64,000 bases of DNA from NCBI GenBank assembly GCA_937921485.1, contig CAKZSV010000004.1, forward strand, positions 16,497-80,496, read 5' to 3'. This DNA is from an uncultured bacterium (GTDB taxonomy: Bacteria; Spirochaetota; UBA4802; JAGODF01). The notes beneath the pieces were generated by a model. The model did no database searches. It was not told where the DNA came from and saw only the letters and a list, made by a program, of their open reading frames with translations. The position numbers were made by a program, and so were the translations under genes. Each line of letters begins with the position of its first letter. The stretch's first letter is position 1. Positions 1 through 7,484 of this stretch are shown piece by piece.

Positions 1-450
1 CTTGAGCTTTCGAACATGCTGCTCATCGCGCTTTATGGCAGCCATGGCCGCAACTTCGGGCAAAAGAGCGCTTCGCGCGGAAAGCAGGCTGTCGATGATT
101 TCCGGATCTGCTCCCTCTTCGCGGTACATCATCGCTTTGAGCACCTCCAGGCTTTCGCTTTCCAGAAAATCCTTCACATACACGCCATCGCCGTGGCGAA
201 TGTCTACCAGCCCCTGCACCTCAAGCTTTTTCAATGCCTCCCGCAGCGTGGCGCGATTGACATTCAACTCCATCGCAAGTTCGCGCTCCGCCGGAAGTTT
301 CTCTCCGGCTTTAAGCTCCCCTGTGATGATTTTATTTTGAATCTGCGACACGATATCCTCATGAAGGCGGCTTCTGCTCACGGGATTGAGCTTGATATTT
401 GAAATCACATTTTCCACAGCTTCCCCTTTTGGATCTTCTTTCTGGCGCAT
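1..450 (-). CDS. GntR/FadR-family transcriptional regulator (C-terminus runs off the window)
   Basis: Reverse-strand ATG at 450-448 opens MRQKEDPKGEAVENVISNIKLNPVSRSRLHEDIVSQIQNKIITGELKAGEKLPAERELAMELNVNRATLREALKKLEVQGLVDIRHGDGVYV..., a classic GntR winged-HTH signature. The frame stays open to position 1, so it is absent from the ORF track. Confidence 0.8.
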   Translation of the reverse strand, partial: MRQKEDPKGEAVENVISNIKLNPVSRSRLHEDIVSQIQNKIITGELKAGEKLPAERELAMELNVNRATLREALKKLEVQGLVDIRHGDGVYVKDFLESESLEVLKAMMYREEGADPEIIDSLLSARSALLPEVAAMAAIKRDEQHVRKLK

Positions 451-620
451 TGTTTTACATCAACGGCATCAACGGCTATTGGCACGGTCATTCAGTGGTT
501 CGACCAATTAAAATATAACAAAAAAAATTAAAAACGTCAAGGGGCTTAGCCAGATTTTTTTATATAAGCACCAGCTCTTTTTTTTATAAAAATACACGAG
601 ATCGAATCGATATCTCAAGA

Positions 621-836
621 TTGAAAAACCGTTCACAATTCATAGAAGAAGCAATAATTGCACACCTCGAAAGAAGAAAAAAAATGCTCAGAAACAAACA
701 GGACATAGATTTGATTGACAAAAATTACAAGGCGCTAAATGCTGAAGCATCCGATGTTCTGTCGTACCAGGCGAAAGTTTGGTTGGAATCGAAGAAGGCC
801 TCAAACATAACAGTTGCATATATTGTGATGAACTAA
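621..836 (+). pseudogene. MazE/EndoAI-like ribbon-helix-helix antitoxin remnant
   Basis: [46 protein letters not shown] matches helix 2 and the tail of RHH-type MazE antitoxins. The upstream in-frame sequence (open from 519) reads only RIDISR and then jumps to helix 2. No helix 1 and no ATG are present (the track start is TTG). Confidence 0.45.
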
Positions 837-864
837 TCAGTATACCTAAAAGCTTGCTTGCAGA

Positions 865-990
865 TTATGGGCACCTCTCTAAAAACCGCTTTCATCCTTA
901 AAATTAGCATCAAAGAAAGCGGTTTTTACCTATATATTGTGCCCACAAGGGAACATCCTTTAAAACAGTTTTTAAAAGTTCCCTTATATT
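865..990 (+). repeat. Structured repeat element, copy 1 (full length)
   Basis: Near-identical to 63714-63837. Nested hairpin with outer arms TGGGCAC/GTGCCCA and inner arms AAAAACCGCTTTC (881-893)/GAAAGCGGTTTTT (915-927). A second hairpin GGGAAC...GTTCCC (949-983) and a TTATATT tail follow. Confidence 0.9.
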
Positions 991-1065
991 GGCACTCTAT
1001 CAGAAAAAAAACTTAAAGAATTAAACCAGGCTTTGAAAATCGCATTGGATATTGACGATTTTTAG
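976..1065 (+). pseudogene. MazF/EndoA-type toxin, C-terminal remnant only
   Basis: The frame reads KFPYIGTLSEKKLKELNQALKIALDIDDF*. This parallels the C-terminus of B. subtilis EndoA/MazF (...KITHLDDEMMDKVDEALQISLALIDF, recalled from memory). The N-terminal ~85 codons are missing and the repeat element abuts the remnant. Confidence 0.5.
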
Positions 1066-1075
1066 CATCATCACA

Positions 1076-1438
1076 CTACGCGTTGATTAGCTTCCTCACT
1101 TTCTGCGCAAATTCAGTCTCGTTGATTGGGAAAGTAAAATACTCATCGGCTCCGCGTTCATAGGCATCGAGGAACGGGAGCGGATGCTTGACCGCAGAAA
1201 TCGCAACCACAGGCAGGGATTTCAACTGTTCAATTCTTCTCACTTTTTCAAGGACAATCAATCCGTCGATGCTTTCCGTGTAAATGACAATAACAACCAC
1301 GCGAACGTTTCCATCCGCCAGCCTTTCAAAAAATTCCCGCTCTTCTCTGAAAATTTCACATCGCTCATGAAATGGTTCAAGTGCTTTCTGAATGACAGCA
1401 TCATAATCGCGATTTTCATTGAGTACTAAAAATGCCAT
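1076..1438 (-). CDS. Pseudo-receiver (CheY-like REC fold lacking phospho-acceptor residues)
   Basis: REC-like pattern (AFLVLNE, IDGLIVLEKVR, PVVAISAV, GADEYFTFP). The acceptor Asp position is V/I (VVIVIYTESIDG), the DD pair is NE, and the conserved Lys is Phe. A 3-nt gap separates it from the upstream HD-GYP gene. Confidence 0.6.
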   Translation of the reverse strand: MAFLVLNENRDYDAVIQKALEPFHERCEIFREEREFFERLADGNVRVVVIVIYTESIDGLIVLEKVRRIEQLKSLPVVAISAVKHPLPFLDAYERGADEYFTFPINETEFAQKVRKLINA

Positions 1439-1441
1439 AAT

Positions 1442-2734
1442 TCAGTTCTCTTTCATAAAAAGTTTGCGCAGCATCGCCGTCATCCGCGGATTGTCAATCA
1501 CCCTCACAATTTTGCGATAATTATCCGAGCGAAGATCAATCTGAATCCGATTTCGCTTTTTGTTTAAAGTGGCATCGTAAAAAACCTCAATCCGGGGATT
1601 GACCGGTCTCCCCTTGAAATTTTCGATAACCCGCGCGAATTCATAGGTGGTAGGCGTTTGCTGCTCCTTTCCCATGGTTCTACCACCCGCTTCAATCATC
1701 ACAAAACTACCTTCATCGATAAAGTCCCTCCCGCGATTGAGCGAAAGTGCAAGCGCTTTTAAAAAAAGGTGCACATCCGAAACGGAAAAATAATAGTTTG
1801 AGGCATTAAGAATGGCGCGCAGTGCAGTACTCGGTTCTGTTCCCTTGCGCCACGGCGTGTTGGTCGTGAGCGCATCGTACATATCGCAAATGCCCAGAAT
1901 CCGCACTTCTTCGGGGAGTTTGAAATAAAATTCCCTGCTTACGCCATCACGCTCTTTTCGATTAGGATAGCCATACAGCATGTATTTTCGATGGTGAAAC
2001 AGCGCACCATATTTTATGAGATCGCTAATTTTTTTCTGCGGCGCGTATTTTTCTATATCCGCCAGGATGCGATATCCCTCCCTGGTATGTTCGAGCATTA
2101 CAGCCATTTCCTGCTTCGAGAGCATCCCCGGCTTGTCCACGATTTCCTTGGGGATGCGAAGTTTGCCGATATCGTGCAGGTACCCTGCCATCGACATCGA
2201 ACGTATTCGATCGGCATTGTACGAGGTCTTGTACTGATAAATCATCGCCAGAAGACCTACATTTACCGAATGCACATAGGTATAGTAATCGAAGTCATTG
2301 ATGTCTTTTAAAAGTCCGAGCACACCCCCGTAGCGATCCTCGCTTTTTAAACTATTTAAAAGTTCAATCATATCCCTGTGCGTATTGACATACTGCTCGT
2401 AGGTCATTTTGCCGGTTTTCCGCACCGACGAGTAGGTTGAGGCGGTATTTTCCGCGAGGATTTGCAGCTTATCTCTGGAAAATATTTCGTAATCGTAATT
2501 GCCGACTTTTTCTGAGATTCTTGGAATAAAAAAGCGGACGCCCTGCTTCGATTGTTCTTGTATTTCTTCCCTGGAAATCGCTTTGCCGGCATGAAAAATA
2601 ATCTGTTCATTCTGATCGTAAATATTGAAAGAAAGAACTTTTTCGCCGCTCAGTTTTTCGAAAAAAGAGTGTGAAATCTCTTCAAAGCGTGAAAGGTCGA
2701 TTGAGAGGGTTTCTTTTTGATCCACCGGATTCAT
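1442..2734 (-). CDS. HD-GYP domain protein with a variant GYP motif
   Basis: HD region HSVNVG...YLHDIGKLRIPKEIVDKPGMLS. The second motif reads FHHRKYMLYGYP instead of HHExxDGxGYP. ICDMYDALTT is retained. Confidence 0.75.
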   Translation of the reverse strand: MNPVDQKETLSIDLSRFEEISHSFFEKLSGEKVLSFNIYDQNEQIIFHAGKAISREEIQEQSKQGVRFFIPRISEKVGNYDYEIFSRDKLQILAENTASTYSSVRKTGKMTYEQYVNTHRDMIELLNSLKSEDRYGGVLGLLKDINDFDYYTYVHSVNVGLLAMIYQYKTSYNADRIRSMSMAGYLHDIGKLRIPKEIVDKPGMLSKQEMAVMLEHTREGYRILADIEKYAPQKKISDLIKYGALFHHRKYMLYGYPNRKERDGVSREFYFKLPEEVRILGICDMYDALTTNTPWRKGTEPSTALRAILNASNYYFSVSDVHLFLKALALSLNRGRDFIDEGSFVMIEAGGRTMGKEQQTPTTYEFARVIENFKGRPVNPRIEVFYDATLNKKRNRIQIDLRSDNYRKIVRVIDNPRMTAMLRKLFMKEN

Positions 2735-2736
2735 TA

Positions 2737-3609
2737 TTATTCACCAAAGTAGATTTTTTCAAAGAACGATTCAATCGTTTTAACAGAGGGATTCTTTACT
2801 ATTTGATTCCATATCGCGTGCATTGATTCAGCAACATGATTTGAATTTCCATTAATTGAAGCCGGTACCCCATCACGTAAACTTTTATTAAAAAGTGGAG
2901 GATCGTTATAGACAAAACCCGAAAAAAATATTTTCACGCCAATGCCGAATTGCTTAATTGTCCTGTCCAGTTTGTTGAACGTTTCATACGCTTCATCGTA
3001 GCTGGAAACCATGTTCACACATACATCGATAGGACGTCGTTTATTCTCAAGCACCATAAACTTTATTACTTTATACGCATCTAAAATAGATGTCGCAACG
3101 GGGTTCACCACCATTAAAGAAAAATCCGAAAACATAATCTGCCTGAGTATCGTTCTATTAAGTCCGGCACCTGTGTCCACAATAATCCACTCATAATGCT
3201 CTTCAAGCTTATTCAACTCGTTCAAAATAGCTTCATTCGATATTTCTTGAATATCATTTACCTTTTTTTCATCACCGCCGAAAGATATGAGATCAACACC
3301 ATACTGGGAACTCACAATATAGTTTGGCAGCGATGATGGATCCTCAAGGAATCGATCCAGGCAGGGGGAAAGCTTTTCTCCGAGCATGAGATGAGCATTT
3401 GAAAGATGGTAATCCGCATCAAAAAGAAGTACTTTATTGTTGGAAAAGGCAGATGCAGTCGAATTTACTCCCAGTTTCTTTGCGATTGTCACAGCAAGGT
3501 TCACAGAAATAAACGTTTTTCCTGTACCGCCTTTTCCGCCGCTCACCGTGAGAACTTTTGCTCTCTTTTTTCTTTTTGTTGTCATAACGCTTCTTTCTGT
3601 ATTAACCAA
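2737..3609 (-). CDS. MinD/ParA/FlhG-family P-loop ATPase
   Basis: Deviant Walker A KVLTVSGGKGGTGKTFISVNLA and Walker B-like WIIVDTGAG. A 2-nt gap separates it from the downstream HD-GYP gene. Confidence 0.8.
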   Translation of the reverse strand: MVNTERSVMTTKRKKRAKVLTVSGGKGGTGKTFISVNLAVTIAKKLGVNSTASAFSNNKVLLFDADYHLSNAHLMLGEKLSPCLDRFLEDPSSLPNYIVSSQYGVDLISFGGDEKKVNDIQEISNEAILNELNKLEEHYEWIIVDTGAGLNRTILRQIMFSDFSLMVVNPVATSILDAYKVIKFMVLENKRRPIDVCVNMVSSYDEAYETFNKLDRTIKQFGIGVKIFFSGFVYNDPPLFNKSLRDGVPASINGNSNHVAESMHAIWNQIVKNPSVKTIESFFEKIYFGE

Positions 3610-3636
3610 TAATACACCATTATATGATTATAGACT

Positions 3637-5118
3637 TCATTGCTGAACCACAAGGGCATCTTCTCTCGCCAAATCAGAAAAATGAATAAGTCCAATGACA
3701 TCGGAAAAAATACTTACAATTTCCGGATCGAAAAGATACGATTCCTTTTTTAATATTGCAAGCGCATTTTCGGCATCGACAGGGTTTTTGAAAGGCTTGC
3801 GCGAGGTAAGCGCTGCAAAGCTATCGCAAATCCCAATGATGCGCGCATAGAGCGGGATTGCACTACCATGCAGTCTCGCAGGATAGCCATTGCCATTGTA
3901 CCGCTCATGGTGCGATCTAACGCCTTCCACTATTGATTCCGGAAGCTGCATTACCTTTGCCACTTCGGCAGAATATTCCGGATGCATATGAATTTGCGCC
4001 ATTTCATCTTTGGAAAGCTGTGTCTTCTTATTTAAAATTATATCTGGTATGCGGATAAAACCAACATTCTGCATGAGCGACGCTATTTCAAGTTCTTTTA
4101 TCTGTGCTTTCGTCAAGCTCATGCGCAATCCCATTTCGCGCGCTAAAAGGCGAACCTTTTTCGAATGATCCCACTGATATTTTGATTGCAGTAAGAGTAA
4201 GAATCCCTCTGTATAGGTCTCCACAGATCCTGGCAATGATTCCACATGAGCACTGTTTCGCTCTTCAAAAGCTCCCGACTGCTCTTTTAGCAACTCGATG
4301 AGAAATCGCGATTTCTGGCTGATCGTTTCATTTTCATCCAGGGAAAGCCGCGTGAGCACATTCATCATCTGGCCGGCACGCGCCGGATTTTGCGCGAGAA
4401 GTTTTTTCGCGCTTTCAAGAGCCAGAACCTTTTTCTCATCGCTTTCTTCAATGCCGAGCCTTTCCATAACTTTTTTTGCCACGGCATCAGCGCTTTCCAC
4501 ATACACCGGCGGAGCGGGAATACGCTTCTGACGCGCGCGGTACATCAAAAGCATCATAAGAAAAAGAAACACGATAATACCCAAAACGGAGATAATTCCA
4601 ATTGTCATGGGTGTCAGCAGCGCAGAAAGCGAAATCGCAGCACGTTCATGGGCGGGCATTGCGCGTGATGTTTTCACTTCCTCGACCAGCCGCGAGAGCT
4701 TTTCATCAATTCTGGCCATTTTTTTATCGAGGAGTGCTGATCTTCCCGGATCAAAAATAACTGTTTTTACTTCTGTTCTTGCTTGCTCAACCTTTTTTTC
4801 AGCAGCACTCTCGCTTTTCGGTGTTGCGACAGCTTCTTTGCTTTCATTTTTTGTAATTTCGGTTATTGCCGCGCCCTTATCGGTTAAATTCTTCACATCA
4901 TGCTCTTTCTTCATCTTCCAGAACCACCGCGATGCCTCGGGATGGTTTGGATTGATCTTCATCGCCTGCTTGAAGATCTCATAGGACGTTTTCAAATTTC
5001 CCTCATTGTAGTTTGCCACTCCTTTCGATACCAGCTCATCAACACTCGTATCCTGAGCAAAAAGTGCAACACTGAACACCAACAACACACATAGCATCAC
5101 ACACATATTTCGTTTCAC
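3637..5118 (-). CDS. Membrane-anchored TPR/HD-GYP domain protein
   Basis: Signal peptide, a TPR-like segment (YNEGNLKTSYEIFKQAMKINPNHPEA), one TM helix (IGIISVLGIIVFLFLMMLLMY) and a C-terminal HD-GYP domain (HMHPEYSAEV...SHHERYNGNGYPARL...ICDSFAALTS). Confidence 0.8.
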   Translation of the reverse strand: MKRNMCVMLCVLLVFSVALFAQDTSVDELVSKGVANYNEGNLKTSYEIFKQAMKINPNHPEASRWFWKMKKEHDVKNLTDKGAAITEITKNESKEAVATPKSESAAEKKVEQARTEVKTVIFDPGRSALLDKKMARIDEKLSRLVEEVKTSRAMPAHERAAISLSALLTPMTIGIISVLGIIVFLFLMMLLMYRARQKRIPAPPVYVESADAVAKKVMERLGIEESDEKKVLALESAKKLLAQNPARAGQMMNVLTRLSLDENETISQKSRFLIELLKEQSGAFEERNSAHVESLPGSVETYTEGFLLLLQSKYQWDHSKKVRLLAREMGLRMSLTKAQIKELEIASLMQNVGFIRIPDIILNKKTQLSKDEMAQIHMHPEYSAEVAKVMQLPESIVEGVRSHHERYNGNGYPARLHGSAIPLYARIIGICDSFAALTSRKPFKNPVDAENALAILKKESYLFDPEIVSIFSDVIGLIHFSDLAREDALVVQQ

Positions 5119-5141
5119 GGCATAAACTCCTTATATTGAAA

Positions 5142-6344
5142 TTATTGGTTTATTGTCACCGACCGATGGCCGTAGCGTGCGCGGGGCATCGATGTTTTTT
5201 GCGTCCATCCTACCTGCGTCACATAATTTGTACCGCTCACCGTTCCCTCCGCACTGATGGCATACACCTCATCCGTCACCGTCACCGGCGGCGAGTTCTT
5301 TATGCCGCCAAAGACATAGAGCGTCGGATCGTTCGTGGCACTGCCATTGTAGGGCGAGACTGAAGCGCTGGCAAAGACAATGCCTCTGGTGGTATCTCCG
5401 CTAAACGCTGGATGATAGGTGCCATAAAACCAGCCATTGGTTGTTGCCGGCGGGGTATAGACCAAAAAGCTCGAAGCTTGCGTGACGAAGGTAATTGAAG
5501 TAAGAGAAAAGTATGCAGTTGCTCCAGTAAAACCACTCGCGCCACCCACTAAAAAGAGATAATTGCCATATCCGCTCGCATAGCCCGCGTAGGCCATTCC
5601 TGCACGTCCGGAAGTAACGATTGTCGTTTCCGTACCGCCTGAATAATTGTTGGTAGCGATGATATATATATCATTCGCTGTCTGGGTAACGCCCGTATTA
5701 ATTCTTCCTCCCGCATATACCACCATTCCATTGAAATTTGCTCCCGCAATAGCACTACGTGCCGTAGCATATGCCGTCATGGTACTCCACCCATTCGTCG
5801 CAGGATCAAACTTATAATGCGTGGTTTGAACCCCCGCCGTTGTCACCTGATTTGTGCCGCCAATGACATAGAGATAGTTTCCCTGCACATAACAGAACCC
5901 ATCCATGATGTTTTGCAGCATTGCAGTCTTTGTTTGCCAGGAATTGTTCTCAATATCGTATTCGAACACCGTGCTGGCAACGGTGGTGTTGGAGATTGCA
6001 CCGCCACATACGTAGATTTTTTTATTTATTGACCCAACCATGGAAAACGCGGTGGGCGCATAGCTTCCCGTGGCATTTGCCGCCACATCCGGATACCAGG
6101 TATCCGTCACCGGATCATAGAGATCTATTTCGCGTATCATAGTGCTGCCGGCAATCGACTGCGTGCCACCAATCACCCAGATGCCGCGAAGCTTCTGCGC
6201 AAGAGTTGGGCTTTCAGATGGTGGTTTTTCTTCTGAAGAAGCCGCAGCTTTTGGATCGCCTCCCACCCCTTCTAAAAGATCATCCTCGCACGCAATTATC
6301 ATTACTCCTGCAATAATACAAAATGCAATCAGTACATGCTTCAC
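5142..6344 (-). CDS. Kelch-repeat lipoprotein
   Basis: Lipobox-like MIIAC. Recurrent Kelch-like blades: KIYVCGG, LYVIGG, VVYAGG, LFLVGG, LYVFGG. Confidence 0.6.
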   Translation of the reverse strand: MKHVLIAFCIIAGVMIIACEDDLLEGVGGDPKAAASSEEKPPSESPTLAQKLRGIWVIGGTQSIAGSTMIREIDLYDPVTDTWYPDVAANATGSYAPTAFSMVGSINKKIYVCGGAISNTTVASTVFEYDIENNSWQTKTAMLQNIMDGFCYVQGNYLYVIGGTNQVTTAGVQTTHYKFDPATNGWSTMTAYATARSAIAGANFNGMVVYAGGRINTGVTQTANDIYIIATNNYSGGTETTIVTSGRAGMAYAGYASGYGNYLFLVGGASGFTGATAYFSLTSITFVTQASSFLVYTPPATTNGWFYGTYHPAFSGDTTRGIVFASASVSPYNGSATNDPTLYVFGGIKNSPPVTVTDEVYAISAEGTVSGTNYVTQVGWTQKTSMPRARYGHRSVTINQ

Positions 6345-6355
6345 GACAATACCCC

Positions 6356-7246
6356 CTAAAACACATAATTAATGCCGCCGGAGTAGAAAAAGGCCGGATA
6401 GAGTGAACTCTGGTAGAGTGACAACATACCTCCTTCAAGGCGAAGGGCGATGCCCCGCCACACAATCACATCGGCGCCGATGAACACAGTTCCCGCAGCG
6501 CTTAACTCATTGCGCACATCAAGTGGTGCGGTATCCCGCTTATCTTTGACCGTGATATACATCCCGCCGGCCTCAATCCCTGCAAAGGGGATTATGCGGT
6601 TTATCACCATCAGGGAAGAAAACCGCAAATCGCCATAGCGATATGAAATTCTCCCCATCATGCCATACCCTCGATAGGTCACATGTTCGCTTGGCGTGTA
6701 ATCCATGGGAAGAAAAATGCCATGCACACCCACTGCCAATCCCCGCACCACGCGCAAATTTGTTTCGCACGTCAGTCCTGCAAGAAAATCGGCATCAAAG
6801 TTCGAGCCAAGATTTGAAAATGGAAAATAATACCCACCGGTAAGTGACACCATGAACATATCTCCATAATAATGCGTGCGTTGATTTGTATCGTAAATCT
6901 GTTTCACGCCCGCAGCAGGAATGGTGATTTCTCCAAAGGAGGTTTTCAAAAATAAGCCGATTTCATCATCATAATTTTTTATTCGGCCGCGGAGGATTGA
7001 ATCGTCGGGCAATATTACTTCGACATGTGTCGATTCCACAGATGTGATATCTGCTTCAATTGACCGTATATCCTTCTGTTGCACATAAATTTTTTTCCCG
7101 AACGTTTCTATTTCGATGCTTTCCGGATTGGTGACATTTGCCCTTCCGAGATGAATATCGCCATTGTTCATCTGAATGACATCCGCATATGCAGCATTCA
7201 ACAAGAACAAAAGCAATAACACAAAAATCTTTTGATATGATTTCAT
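6356..7246 (-). CDS. Putative outer-membrane beta-barrel protein
   Basis: Signal peptide MKSYQKIFVLLLLFLLNAAYA. The C-terminal half has Gly/aromatic-rich alternating strands and ends in ...GGINYVF. ATG at 7246 is preferred over the upstream GTG at 7267. An 11-nt gap separates it from the Kelch gene. Confidence 0.5.
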   Translation of the reverse strand: MKSYQKIFVLLLLFLLNAAYADVIQMNNGDIHLGRANVTNPESIEIETFGKKIYVQQKDIRSIEADITSVESTHVEVILPDDSILRGRIKNYDDEIGLFLKTSFGEITIPAAGVKQIYDTNQRTHYYGDMFMVSLTGGYYFPFSNLGSNFDADFLAGLTCETNLRVVRGLAVGVHGIFLPMDYTPSEHVTYRGYGMMGRISYRYGDLRFSSLMVINRIIPFAGIEAGGMYITVKDKRDTAPLDVRNELSAAGTVFIGADVIVWRGIALRLEGGMLSLYQSSLYPAFFYSGGINYVF

Positions 7247-7484
7247 AAGCCATTCATCCACATCCACCGAAATAATTTTTAGTAAGCTTTTAACACGAAA
7301 ATCGTTATGTTAATTGAACCACATGGGCGAAAATTTTCAAGAAAATTTTTAAAAAAAATAAATGTTTTTTTGAAATAAATAACATTTAATAATGTAAATT
7401 ATATATTTATGTTTATATTATATTGAATATAAAATACCACCATAGCAATCCCGCTCATTTGTGGGTAATAATCGCTTTGGCGTA

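Noticed and set aside
865-990. The repeat element as a c-di-GMP (GEMM) riboswitch, given the many HD-GYP genes, or as an integron attC site.
   Set aside because: I see no GEMM hallmark nucleotides (GGCAAACC...GGGACGCAAAGCC-type blocks). I also see no attC R''/R' cores (RYYYAAC/GTTRRRY), and the ends read TTATGGGCAC and GTTCCCTTATATT. No integrase is nearby.
867-1016. A 49-codon ORF ([49 protein letters not shown]) running through repeat copy 1.
   Set aside because: In copy 3 the CT indel shifts the same ATG frame into a stop after 10 codons, so the frame is not conserved. The element behaves as RNA/DNA structure, not as coding sequence.
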